Assembly (NCBI RefSeq): GCF_006345805.1
Contig: NC_043007.1
Coordinates: forward strand, 22,816,001 to 22,880,000
DNA length: 64,000 bases
Source of the DNA: Octopus sinensis
Lineage: Eukaryota
Direction of reading: 5' to 3'
Positions 10,300 through 21,547 of the stretch are shown here, one piece after another. Within the stretch, counting starts at the first letter, position 1. Each line of letters opens with the position of its first letter. Position numbers and translations under genes: made by a program. The notes under the pieces are model-generated. The model had not been told where the DNA came from, did no database searches, and saw only the letters and a list, made by a program, of their open reading frames with translations.

Positions 10300-11588
10300 G
10301 GATCTTTTCTATTCTGAAGCCAGTTTTTTCAAATTTTTCCTACTGAACCAAACAATTTGAAACTTCGTATACTGGTAGAATGTGTCAAAAGTAAACTTAA
10401 TTGTAAACCAGAATGAAAACGGAATTGTAACTTCTAAGTTTAACGTTGTTTAATAATTAGAATTTTAACCAATGATATTCCGTCATTCGCTTTATTTATA
10501 TTTACTCCGTCTCGACCACCAATTTCGTGACGTATTAGACATCTTAAATGTAAACAAGCTATAGTCAGCCACCTTCTAATAACAAAGTTTGTCTTTGAAG
10601 TTACCGTCTAGGAGAAGCATTGATGTACATGTGTGCGTGTGTGTGTTTTGATGGGGTGTGGGAGACAGTATTTTGTGGTAAGTGAAGTGCTTCTGTTAGT
10701 GTGTGTGAAGAGACAGAGAGAGTAATGTGTGAAAGAGAGAGATAACTGAAATATTTTACTCGGTGTATGTGTATATGTATGTCTGCATGTATGTGTGTGT
10801 ATGTATGTGTAATATGTGTGTGTTTATGTGTGTGTGTGTGTGTATGCATGTATGGCCGATTCATCGTAATTACGATGAATCGGCCATACACACATAGATA
10901 CATACACACACACACATACATGCAGACATACATATACACATACACCGAGTAAAAAATTTCAGTTATCTCTCTCTTTCACACATTACTCTGTCTCTTCACA
11001 CACACTAACAGAAGCACTTCACTTACACAACATACTGTCTGTCTCCCACACCCCATCAAACACACACACACACACATGTCCATCATGCTTCCCCTAGACG
11101 GTAACTTCAAAGACAACTTCCCTCGTCATAAAATCGCTTCCTCTTAGTCTCTTTCGCTCTCATTACTTATGTAAAAAAATAAAAGTTTTTTACGGAAATC
11201 GACGGAAAACTTGTGCTGCGACAAGAGAAACTTCGCCGAATTTAGTATTAAAAAAGCAAAGAGCTGGCAGAAACGTTAGCCACGCCGGGAAATGCGTAGC
11301 CGTATTTCGTCTGCCGTGTTTTTTACAGTTTTCCGAACGTTAGTACGTCACAAAAGCGCTTTCTACTCACACTATAGAATGCAGTCAAGTTTTACACATG
11401 AAAACAAACAATCTGATTGGTTAAAATTCGCAGTTTTAATCTACGATTAAAGTCATAAAATAGATTTTTCTCAAATAAACTAGTTCCAACCTGTGTCTTG
11501 TTTTGCTAGACTCTATCAGCGTACGAAGTTTCAGATTATTTAGTTAAGTAGAAAAATCTGTGGTCCTGGCTTCAGAATAAAAAGATCC
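10300..11588. mobile_element. GGATC-terminated TIR element (1.3 kb) carrying a giant central palindrome
   Basis: Left GGATCTTTTCTATTCTGAAGCCAG (10300-10323), right CTGGCTTCAGAATAAAAAGATCC (11566-11588); subterminal aaacttcgta/tacgaagttt shared with the 20495 and 41762 copies. Confidence 0.8.
10585..11119. repeat. ~535-bp spacerless inverted repeat (foldback)
   Basis: Perfect 42-bp palindrome 10849-10890 centred between 10869 and 10870; arms stay complementary out to gtctttgaagttaccgtctagg / cctagacggtaacttcaaagac. Confidence 0.95.
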
Positions 11589-11592
11589 GTGT

Positions 11593-12672
11593 GTGTGTTT
11601 ATGCATGTATGCGTATATATATGTATGTAGTATATATATATATATATGTATGTATATATATATGCTATATAATATGTATATATACGTATGTATATATATA
11701 TATATATATATTATAATATATATATATGTATATTATATATGTAATGTATATATATGTTATGTAATATATATGTATATATGTATATGTATATTATATCTAT
11801 ATATATATCTGTATATATATATGTTTATATCTAAGGTATGTATATATATATTATGTATATATATATGTATATATATATATGTACTAAATTATAATGTATG
11901 TATATATATATATGTATATATATATGTATATATATGTATGTATATATGTATGTATATAATATATGTATATATAGTATGTATATATATATGTATGTATATA
12001 TATGATGTATTATATATGTATGTATATATATGTATTTATATTTATATCTATATATATAATGTATATATATATGTATATATATATATGTTATGTAAGTATT
12101 ATATATATATGTATATATCTATTGTATATATATGTATGTTATATATGTATTATATATATTAATGTTATATATATATGTTATAGTAATATATATGTACTAT
12201 ATATATATGTTATATTATGTTATATATGATGTATATATATTAATGTATAATGTATATATGTATGTATATGGTATATATATGTATGTATATATATATATAT
12301 ATATATGTATGTATATATATATATTAGTATATTATGTATAAGATATATGTATTTATGTATATATATATATGTAGATGTATTAGTAATATATATGTATATA
12401 TGTATATATATGTATATATGTGTATATATATGTATAGATATGTGTATATATATGTATATATGTATATATGTATGTATATATATTATATATGTATATATGT
12501 ATTAAGTATATGATGTTATATATATTATATATGTATGTATATATATGATATATGTATATATGTAATATATATGTATATGTGGTATATATATGGTATATAT
12601 GTATATATGTATATATATGTATATATGTATATATATATGTAATCTATATAATATATATACATACATATATAC

Positions 12673-12709
<37 letters not shown>

Positions 12710-12747
12710 TACTACATATATATATATATTATGTATATATATGTATG

Positions 12748-12778
<31 letters not shown>

Positions 12779-12865
12779 GTAATATATATGTATGTATATA
12801 TAGATATACATATTATATATATATATATATATATATATCTATATTATATATATATATATATATTA
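11593..12865. repeat. Degenerate (TA)n/(TATG)n microsatellite, ~1.3 kb
   Basis: Direct reading. Confidence 0.97.
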
Positions 12866-13160
12866 TTATTTATACAGCGATGGCGCAACTGGCCGAAACT
12901 TCGAAGTCACTACCAACAACATTCTTGTTTAAGAATAATAAATTTGCACCCTACACAGTAATACAGTAAAACCCATTAGATTAATGTAAAATCATTTCTA
13001 TTATAACTGAACATAAAAACAAACATTAACACACACACACACACACACACTCACTGTGTGGGTGGGTATTTTATTCTCTGTGTACATCTTGGGTGCACTT
13101 CACTGTTACACACACACACGCACACATACAAACACACACGCATGCATACATTCATATATC

Positions 13161-13597
13161 ATAGGCGTAGGAGGTGGCTGTGTGGTAAGTAGCTTATTGA
13201 CCAACCACATGGTTTCGGGTTCAGTCCCACTGCGTGGCACCTTGGGCGTGTGTCTTCTACTATAGCCTCGGGGGCAAGTGTCTTCTACTATAGCCTCGGG
13301 GCTAACCAAAGCCTTGTGAGTGGATTTGGTAGACAGAAACTGAAAGAAGCCCGTCGTGTATATATATATATATATATATAATATATATATATATATATTA
13401 TATATATATACATCAGCGCCATGATAGATCGTTAGCCACTACACACATTTTTTTCTCTCCTTGTTTTTCCCTTTCTGTAGAAGAGCGTAGGCTCGAAACG
13501 TAAAAGACTTTTTCTATTCCTGAGCGTTATACTAATACATCTGTTTGTTTTGTACACCACCTGTCTTCGTCTCTTGTTTCTTATCGTAAACTCTCCC

Positions 13598-13658
<61 letters not shown>

Positions 13659-13795
13659 ATCTGTTTGTCTCCACCCCTCCAAACATTGATTGACAACTGA
13701 TGCCTCCGTAACTTAGCGGTTCGACAAAAGAGACCGATAGAACTAGGCTTACAAAGAATAAGTCCTGGGGTCGATTTGCTCGACTAAAAGGCGAT
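13161..13795 (+). mobile_element. SINE family A split by an insertion in its internal microsatellite
   Basis: Head 13161-13357 (with a ~27-bp tandem duplication of gtgtcttctactatagcctcggg), tail 13660-13795. Confidence 0.88.
13411..13597 (+). mobile_element. ~190-bp (TA)n-embedded repeat with hammerhead-like motif (family H1)
   Basis: CTTT-CTGTAGA-A-GAGC(GTAG)GCTC-GAAAC-GTA-AAAG at 13471-13506; related to copies at 37056, 43530 and 62600. Confidence 0.7.
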
Positions 13796-13798
13796 ATA

Positions 13799-13871
<73 letters not shown>

Positions 13872-13879
13872 AATACACA

Positions 13880-14370
13880 CACATACATATACCACACACA
13901 CACACTCTCTCTCTCCCTCACAGGCACACACACACACACACTCTCTCTCTCCCTCACACACACACACACACACACACTCTCTCTCTCTCCCTCACACACA
14001 CACACACACAACACTCTCTCTCTCTCCCTCACACGCACACACACACACCACTCTCTCTCTCCCTCACACACACACACACACACACTCTCTCTCTCTCCCT
14101 CACACGTACACACACACACACAACACACACTCTCTCTCTCCTCCCTCACACGCACCACACACACACACACACACTCTCTCTCTCTCCTCACACGCACACA
14201 CACACACACACACTCTCTCTCTCTCCCTCACACGCACACACACACACACACACACACTCTCTCTCTCCCTCACACGCACACACACACACACACACACACT
14301 CTCTCTCTCCCTCACACGCACACACACACCACACACACACACACACACCACACACACACACACACACACA
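13880..14370. repeat. Compound (CA)n(CT)n minisatellite, ~30-40-bp units
   Basis: Recurring ctctctctccctcacacgcacacacacaca unit. Confidence 0.95.
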
Positions 14371-14805
14371 AGAGAACGTGTGTTAGTTGTCCGATTTTTC
14401 ATTACTGTGTTGTTTTAATGTATGTTCATGTATATTTGTGTGTGGTTTTGACTATGCGCTCATAAACGTTTCTGTTTTCTGTGTGTATGTGAGAGGAGAT
14501 CTGTTGTATATAACGTGTATTTGAGAAGACTTCATGGCTTTTTTGGGTGTGTTTGTATGTACGTAAGCGGCAGGACTGAGTAATTTAAAAAAAAACAAAA
14601 AGCAAAACAAAAAATACACCTGCCCACACTATCGAATTAACTCTATACCGGAACTTCCCCTGATTTATTATGAAATAATAATAATAATAATGATAATAAT
14701 AATAATAATTTGAGACTCCGCTAGCTTCTCTGTTGACTTCTGAAGTGGGGAAGAGGTACACGTGTTGTAATCTATTGTGTCGATTGGCAGCCATTGTTAT
14801 ATGGT

Positions 14806-14824
14806 TGGCCGACAGGGGGCGCTC
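14806..14824 (+). promoter_or_regulatory. CTCF-like motif
   Basis: TGGCCGACAGGGGGCGCTC, 16/19 to the canonical TGGCCACCAGGGGGCGCTA, in unique sequence. Confidence 0.3.
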
Positions 14825-15630
14825 TGAGTGGCCGTGTATGATATGAGTCAGAGATTTTCAATGCAGCTCAGTAAAGCTTTTTTTCTTTTCAAACATCCAT
14901 TTAAAAAAAAAAATTCTCCTCTTCTAAATCTATTTACAGATAGATGTAGGGCTAGAAGAGGGTGGGTGTTGCCTATCCCTTTTTCATTTTGTGTGTGTGT
15001 GTGTTTTTTTATTTTTCTGGTACTGGTACAACCCTGGGAAAATTGGCCCAAACGGGTGGTTTCTTGTATGCAATTGTAAAAGTTGTTTACTTCCACCAGT
15101 TCGCCCCCAACTCCTTCTTTTCTGTTGCTTTCTTATTATTGTTCATGTCCTAGATGGCGTTCTCATTTTCTTTTGTTAGCTCACAGACTATTGTAACAAT
15201 ATTTTGGAAGAGATAAATGAAATAGTGAGGCGTGATAGTTTTAAACATCATAACAGATTTGTGAGCGTATGACGATGATGATGTTTAGTCGTTTGTTAGT
15301 TCTGACTGGACAGATCGTCATCTTTTTGTCAGTTTCTTCTTAAGGTGTGAGCAACACCGGTCAGTTATCCGAGGTTCCCACGAGTCTAAGAGCCCAAAGC
15401 TGATTTAATACATTGCTATGTATGTAAGGGGCTTTTGCTCATTGCTTCGCTGGGGAGGGGGCATATAATTGTGTTAAAACGGCTCTACTTTTAGTTATTA
15501 CATATCTATGGCTATATTATCTAATTTAGTAGATCTTAAACTTTTGTAGCTCTGCGTCCATTTTTCACGCAATAGCGTTTTACAAACGCTCTTTATATCT
15601 TGAAAAACGAACCAAACAAGAGCTGCAAAA

Positions 15631-16030
15631 TCTATCTATATATATATAGCTGAAGTTGTCTGTGTGTGGCAGGTTTGGTAGCCTTCAACTAACACTATCT
15701 CCTCCGAGACCCTGCGGCGCAAGTTGACCAAATTTGAGAGTATGTTAGAAGAAGGCTTGCTCTTCCTTCCGTAGAAGAGAAAATTCAAATCGGACCATGT
15801 TAACGCCAAAAATTATTTACATCAAAAAGGTGCTTTTTTACTATGAAAATCCCTATTTTTTACGATTTTTTTACTGCTGTGTCGCCATTTTTCGGTGTAT
15901 TTCAACCAGAAAAATGTTCACTCAAAGAGAATAACAAGCTACATAATGCAAAATTTTTACTTTTCAAAAATTCCAATTCTAAAGGGTCGAAAAGAAAACA
16001 AACCCGAGCAACGCTCGGCTATACTGCTAG
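15631..16030 (+). mobile_element. Non-autonomous Helitron family N2
   Basis: A|TC 5' end, subterminal hairpin ccgagcaacgctcgg, CTAG|T 3' end; paralogue at 26583. Confidence 0.9.
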
Positions 16031-16265
16031 TATCTAATTTGTTGCACTGGTTTATCATCCATGTTTGATTATACTATGCGCCTCTTTTTAGAGTTCGTGT
16101 TGGCAGTGCCCGACTATGTTCAATTTTCGTGGAAATTACTCCAGAAGGTGAGGACATATATAACAAAATATCACTGGACTTTCAGCATCATCAGTCATGT
16201 TTCTACTCATTGATAACATCATGTCCTACTCGTATTTTAAACTCGTCTAAGACATTTTGCAAATA

Positions 16266-16488
16266 CCGTAAATCCTCGAGTATAGTCCGCCCTTGAGTAT
16301 AATACGCAGCTTTAGATATTTTCGCGCCCGGCATCATAAAACGTGTCTGAATAAACATTGCCGGACAGCAAATAGAGACTCGGACATTGCTTAGAAAATA
16401 ATTTTCATTTTTAACCTCGTATATAGTACGCACTAGGGATTTTGACCTTTTTGGGGAAAAATTGCGGATTTTACTCGAGGATTTACGG
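16266..16488. mobile_element. Tc1/mariner (Tigger-like) MITE, TA TSD
   Basis: TIRs CCGTAAATCCTCGAGTATAGTCCGC and CCGTAAATCCTCGAGTAAAATCCGC; TA at 16264-65 and 16489-90. Confidence 0.9.
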
Positions 16489-16489
16489 T

Positions 16490-16700
16490 ATGTCGGTCAA
16501 GACCTTTAAACGTATCACTCGCTTCTCTTTCCGGGAGTATCGTTTCTCTGTTCAACCCCCTGTTAGACATAAGTCCTTTTATTTTAATATCTTCTTTCCT
16601 CGAACTTCTGCTTTCTGGAATTCACTACAATTTTGTGTTTTTCTCTGGCTCATAATATTCAATCCATCAAACTTTCTGTCAATAAACATCTTTTGAATTT
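16490..16700 (+). pseudogene. L2/CR1-group LINE 3' remnant
   Basis: TRFSFREYRFSVQPPVRHKSFYFNIFFPRTSAFWNSL matches the TR.S...F.V..P.....Y...FFPRTS.LWNSL tail. Confidence 0.6.
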
Positions 16701-18236
16701 GTAGTCCCCCTTCGCCCTTTTTAAAAATCTTTGTAGCCTCTTTCGCTACAGAGGGCTGAAGTCTTATTTGGGATTAAATCGTAGTGTACCTGGTTTAAAT
16801 TTATTAAGAAACAAATTACACCTCCCCTAAAAACCCAACGTTTTCCTATCCGTGTGTTGAAACAGATATTGTTATAATTCGGGACAGTCATTTTTTTTTT
16901 TGCCAAATGAACACACGCACTGTATATTTGTTCTTCACTCGTTTATTACTGTTCTTATTTTATCTTATGTCCAGTGTCCGGAAATCTTTCGTCACACATT
17001 TGTGACCCCTTCAGTGACCCTTTCCACCCACGTGTGTCCTCCTGCTCCTCTTACACCTGGACGGAAAAGGTCAATGAAGAGGTCACAGATGTATGACGAA
17101 AAATTTCCGGACAATGGACATAAGATAAAATGAGAACAATGATAAACTAGTGAAGAATGAATATTTAGTTGCGTGTGTTTATTAGGTAAAAAGAAAAAAA
17201 TGACTGTCCCGAAATGTAACAATATGAAACACAGTCATCAGCCGAATTTAATTTTCCCCCCTTTTAATTAATTAATTAATTATACTTAATTCGTACCATA
17301 GAAAACATGAAATACTTTTTCACTGTTTCTTTGTATTTAAATGTTACAATTTAAAATGTGATCTGTTTTATAATTCCTTATAGAAATCAAGCTTTTTTTA
17401 TGGTTAAAAAAATTAAAAATTAGGTAACTTTCTCGAAGTTCGATTTTAAAAGAGTAGGCGGATGAGGAAAGAGCGAGGTGGGAAAGAGGGGGTAATTCTT
17501 ACCGTGCTAAATATTTAGCCGTGGAATGGGAAAGGAACTAAAATGGCCGAATCTCGCTATGACACACATGTGTATATTCAAACGACTCCCTTGACAGCGC
17601 ATTATCCCAACCCGGGGCATTAGTGTCTGGGACCTAAGTCAAGCGAGGGTTTTTTGTTTATTTGTTTGTTTCTTTCGTTCTCTCTCTCTCTTTTTTATCT
17701 TTTTCTTTCTTTCTTTTTTTTTCTTAAAAAGGCTTCACCGGAAGTTACTGCTTCATCAAAGGCATTTCTTTGTATGTATTCATTCATTGTTTCGCCCCCC
17801 CCCGTATTTATTTCTCTCCATCACCCCTTCCTTGCTTCGCACACTTTTGATGCATTTCGCATTTATTCTACGTTCATTATTTTGCGGATTCCACTGAAGC
17901 TATTTTACTCAGTGGAGTTGTGTGGGTATCGCAAATAAATGGGTATTTGTTTGTTTATTGTTATTTACACTCCAGTATGGAAGTAACAGGAAATACCCAA
18001 CATTATTTCCGCTGAACTTCCTACATCTCTAACCATTTACATTCTTCATCATTGATAAAGAACTTACTGTTGAGAATCGGGGCGCAATTTTCATTAACAT
18101 TACTAGATTAATGGCGTTGTTATTATCATATTTCGAAGCTTTCACAACTCGCCGACTAATTTATTTTGTAGAGAAGTAGTGGTCAAGCGGATAAGTCATT
18201 GCCTCATTAGGTCTGATTTCGTACTCACTCAAGTTA

Positions 18237-18920
18237 TTGGGTTGTCCGGAAAGTTCGTGCCGATTTTTAGAGGAAAGAAAAAGGTCAATAAATACTTGCC
18301 ATTACATTTTTTTATCAACCAGATATGAACCATTTTGTTGCACAATGTGTCTCCATCTTTCCTCTAACTTGAAAATACCCTCTTCCCAGAATTGAGGTGG
18401 TTTCATGGCAAAGAATTCATCAAGGTATCTTTTTACATCATCCAAGGAATTGGAATTTTTACCAATAAGACTATTCTGCAGAGACCTGAATAAGTGGAAA
18501 TCCGAAGGAGCAATATCTGGTGAATATGGATAGTTCATCGCCCCCTAGACTTTACACCCCATTTCTCAAAGCCCCTTGTTTTATTAAGGATGTCTCACAA
18601 CGCTAGAAAATTACACGGTGAATTAAAAAAATGTAACAATAAGCTTAAAAGCCCTTTATAATACATCCCAGCCGAGCTGCAGCAATTTTTGTCTAGTTCC
18701 CAAAGCATCAACTGCCGAAAATGAACTTATCTTCCATTTTAAAGGGTTACAGAATTAACACAGGTTATAGGAACATAAACCTTCTTCCACGAAAAGCTAG
18801 CTTAAACTGTGCTCTAAATGGAGATGCAGTCAAATCCTATTTTATGGGCTCAACCATGCTCTAAAATAAGTCGAAAGGTTAAGCTACTATAAATCGGCAC
18901 GAACTTTCCGGACGACCCAA
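18237..18920 (-). mobile_element. Internally deleted mariner element
   Basis: 30-bp TIRs TTGGGT(T/C)GTCCGGAAAGTTCGTGCCGATTT, TA TSDs; remnants MEDK.HFRQLMLWE, TRQKLLQLGWDVL and PYSPDIAPSDFHLFRSLQN (mariner YSPDLAPSD motif). Confidence 0.95.
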
Positions 18921-18949
18921 TATTTTGTTCATCCTCATAAAATTTTATC

Positions 18950-19040
18950 TGAGCAACGTGAAATGAAGTGTTCTGTTCCCCGTTCGGGAATCGAAACCAC
19001 AATATTGCGATCGTGAGTGCAACACCCTAACCACTAAGCC
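18950..19040 (-). mobile_element. SINE family C, partial head
   Basis: gagcaacgtgaaatgaagtg..caccctaaccactaagcc matches the 41086 and 52068 copies. Confidence 0.75.
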
Positions 19041-19480
19041 ACTTTACTTATTGGCCACAAGAATACATTGGGTGGGGAAACTATATTGAATAATTTTCAT
19101 CAAAATTCCTGTAGATGTATTGTCTGTAGAATGAATTCCCGAATTGGACACTAGAGAGCGCTGGATGGAATTGCCCAAATGGTGGGGCGATATGAGTGAA
19201 GGCATTTATAAAGGGCTTTTAAGTTTATTGTTAGATTTTTTAATTTCCCGTGTTATTTTCTAGCGTTGTGAGACATCCTTAATAAAACAAGGGGCTCTGA
19301 GAAACGAGGTGTAAAGTCTAGGGGGCGATGAGCTAATAGCGTATCGCAGTTACTGAGAATCGTTATCAGCTCGATCCCTAATCAAAATATTTCTTTTAAT
19401 ATTTTTAGACTCCCTCCCCCCTCTCTCTCTCACGCACACACACACATCTGGGGCAGGCATGGCTGCGTGGTTAAGAAGCT

Positions 19481-19732
19481 GCGAGCTGGCAGAAACGTTA
19501 GCACACCGGGCGAAATGCTTAGCGGTATTTCGCCTGCCGCTACGTTCTGAGTTCAAATTCCGCCGAGGTCGAATTTGCCTTTCATCATTTCGGGGTCGAT
19601 TAAATAAGTACCAGTTACGCACTGAGGTCGATGTAATCGACTTAATCCGTTTGTCTGTCCTTGTTTGTACCCTCTGTGTTTAGCCCCTTGCGGGCAGTAA
19701 AGAAATAGGCATTTTGTCTGCCACTACGTTGA
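19481..19732 (+). mobile_element. SINE family B
   Basis: gcgagctggcagaaacgttagcac..gttcaaattccgccgagg..; ends after gaaataggcattttgtctgcc. Confidence 0.9.
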
Positions 19733-19828
19733 CCTAAACAATAACAATAATAATAAATAATAATAATAACAACAACAACATCGAAAAATACCATGGGAAT
19801 GAGAACCCAGGTTCAAAATTTCTCCAAG

Positions 19829-19874
19829 ACACCTGAAGAAGGCTTGGAGGGTATACCAGCCGAAACGTTGTGTT
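19829..19874 (+). ncRNA. Minimal type-I hammerhead ribozyme motif
   Basis: Stem I ACAC/GTGT, core CTGAAGA plus extra A, stem II GGCT(T)GG/CCAGCC, GAAA, palindromic stem III ACGT, GUU cleavage triplet 19867-69. Confidence 0.7.
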
Positions 19875-20494
19875 AACAACGAACAAGATGGGGACAAATA
19901 TCCGTCGAATGTAAATGATGTAAATAAAACGTTTCCTGATGTGCATTATTTACTGTGTCCTTCCTGGTCAAATGCGGTAGGGTGCGATTTAAGAGAGATT
20001 TTGGCTGAGTTTTCTAGCAAATTAAACGACCACGCAAGAGACTCTATTGTCAATTCAACGGTGAAAGTGTTCTCTCTGTTTTACCTCAGATTGCCCCAAA
20101 TTGAAAAAAATGTATCACTAAAGGCCATTTACCTGTGACCATCTTATATACATATCATTCTGTACACCAAGGACAACTTTGTCCAATGTAAACTTCTTTA
20201 AGACGGCTGTAGGATTGAGCGAAAATTGGTTGCTATCTCTAACAGGTAGAGCGACCATGTAGAGGCTCTCTTGATGGTCTGGCCTAGCTGCAGAGAAGGA
20301 TAGAGCATATAAAGTTCATCCGTTTAATGCAGCCTTGTTTAAGTACAATAACGGACACATGTTTACAAGCCATAACTCTCTCGTTTTCTTCTTTCGTGCA
20401 GCGTGCATAAATGGCTCTGTGCACATACTGGATATTTTGAAATATCGAAGTTACTGAGATTATCCATGTTTCCTTTTAAGGCTATAGGATGTGA

Positions 20495-20947
20495 GGATCT
20501 TTTCGGTTTGACCGGCAGTTTTTTAAAAATAATTTCCACGTAACTAAACACTTTTAAACTTCGTAGATTGGTAGAATGTGTTTATAAAACATCTTTTTCT
20601 CTTAACTTTATTGAGAAAATTCTATAGTTTGTAAGATATTTGTTGTTTTTTTTTCTTCAATTTCTGCAATTTCAACCAATCAATGACGTCTATTGAGGTG
20701 AAAACATTCTGTGCTGTATGAATATGTCCCTCGTTTAAGAAACAGATTGGGTTTATTTATATTTCTGAAGAAAAAAAGATACCCTTCCCCCCACCCCTAA
20801 CCCTAACCCTAACTAACCCTAACCCTAACTCTAACCCTAACCCTAAAACAGATTGAAATGCAATAGATCGATACTAGGGTCATAATTATGGGTGACAATT
20901 TCATATGACACCGCTAGAAAAAACTGCCGTTCAAACCGAAAAGATCC
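20495..20947. mobile_element. GGATC-family MITE with 8-bp TSD and internal telomere-like repeats
   Basis: 29-bp TIRs GGATCTTTTCGGTTTGA(C/A)CGGCAGTTTTT; flanks GGATGTGA and GGATATGA. Confidence 0.88.
20795..20846. repeat. Interstitial (CCCTAA)n
   Basis: About 8 imperfect CCCTAA units inside the MITE. Confidence 0.9.
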
Positions 20948-21272
20948 GGATATGATTTGAGGGTGATAATGACCGCTCAGAAATTTCCTAGTTGATTTGT
21001 GCTGCTTATCTGTACTATTTATACTTCTGCTTATTCCTAACAATTATCACAGCAAAAACATAACTGACGGCTGTATTACCCAACCTATTTATCTATCAGT
21101 GAGTCAGACCATCTCTCTCCCCCATATATTTCTCTTCCTTCTCTCTCTCAATGGGAAGGTGATACAGTATTGATGGAGATATGAAAAGATTAGTTTGTGT
21201 TCAAGGAACAAAGACTTGATAAAGTTGTGGACAGAAACTTTCCTCAATTCGATTTTCTTCTTTTTTATGTAG

Positions 21273-21322
21273 CACGGATGTCATCTACATTTGAAACATC
21301 TGACTTCTTATCTTTTGAGCTA
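21273..21322 (+). other. Candidate upstream (5' UTR) exon of the BTB-BACK gene
   Basis: Pyrimidine tract plus AG at 21271-72, GTAAAT donor at 21323, 106-nt intron to the acceptor at 21428. Confidence 0.35.
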
Positions 21323-21547
21323 GTAAATAAATATATTAACTCAGTTATGTTATAACAACAACTTTACTGATTTAAATTGTTTTTTGTAATGACGTTTTAA
21401 TATCGATTTTCTTTTCTTTTCTTTTTAGTGTCGTCTGATTCCCACATTTGACCAAGAAGAAATCTTTAAAGATCAGAGTTGAGTAATACCTGAACAGGTT
21501 GTGACTGGAAATTTTAAGCTAAAAAAAAAAAAAAATCTGCCAGCACT

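Noticed and set aside
11593-12969. Many long Y/I/M/C/V-rich ORFs
   Set aside because: Translations of (TA)n/(TATG)n, which lack stops in several frames.
20795-20846. Chromosome end or fusion site
   Set aside because: Short, one orientation only, and enclosed by MITE TIRs and a TSD.
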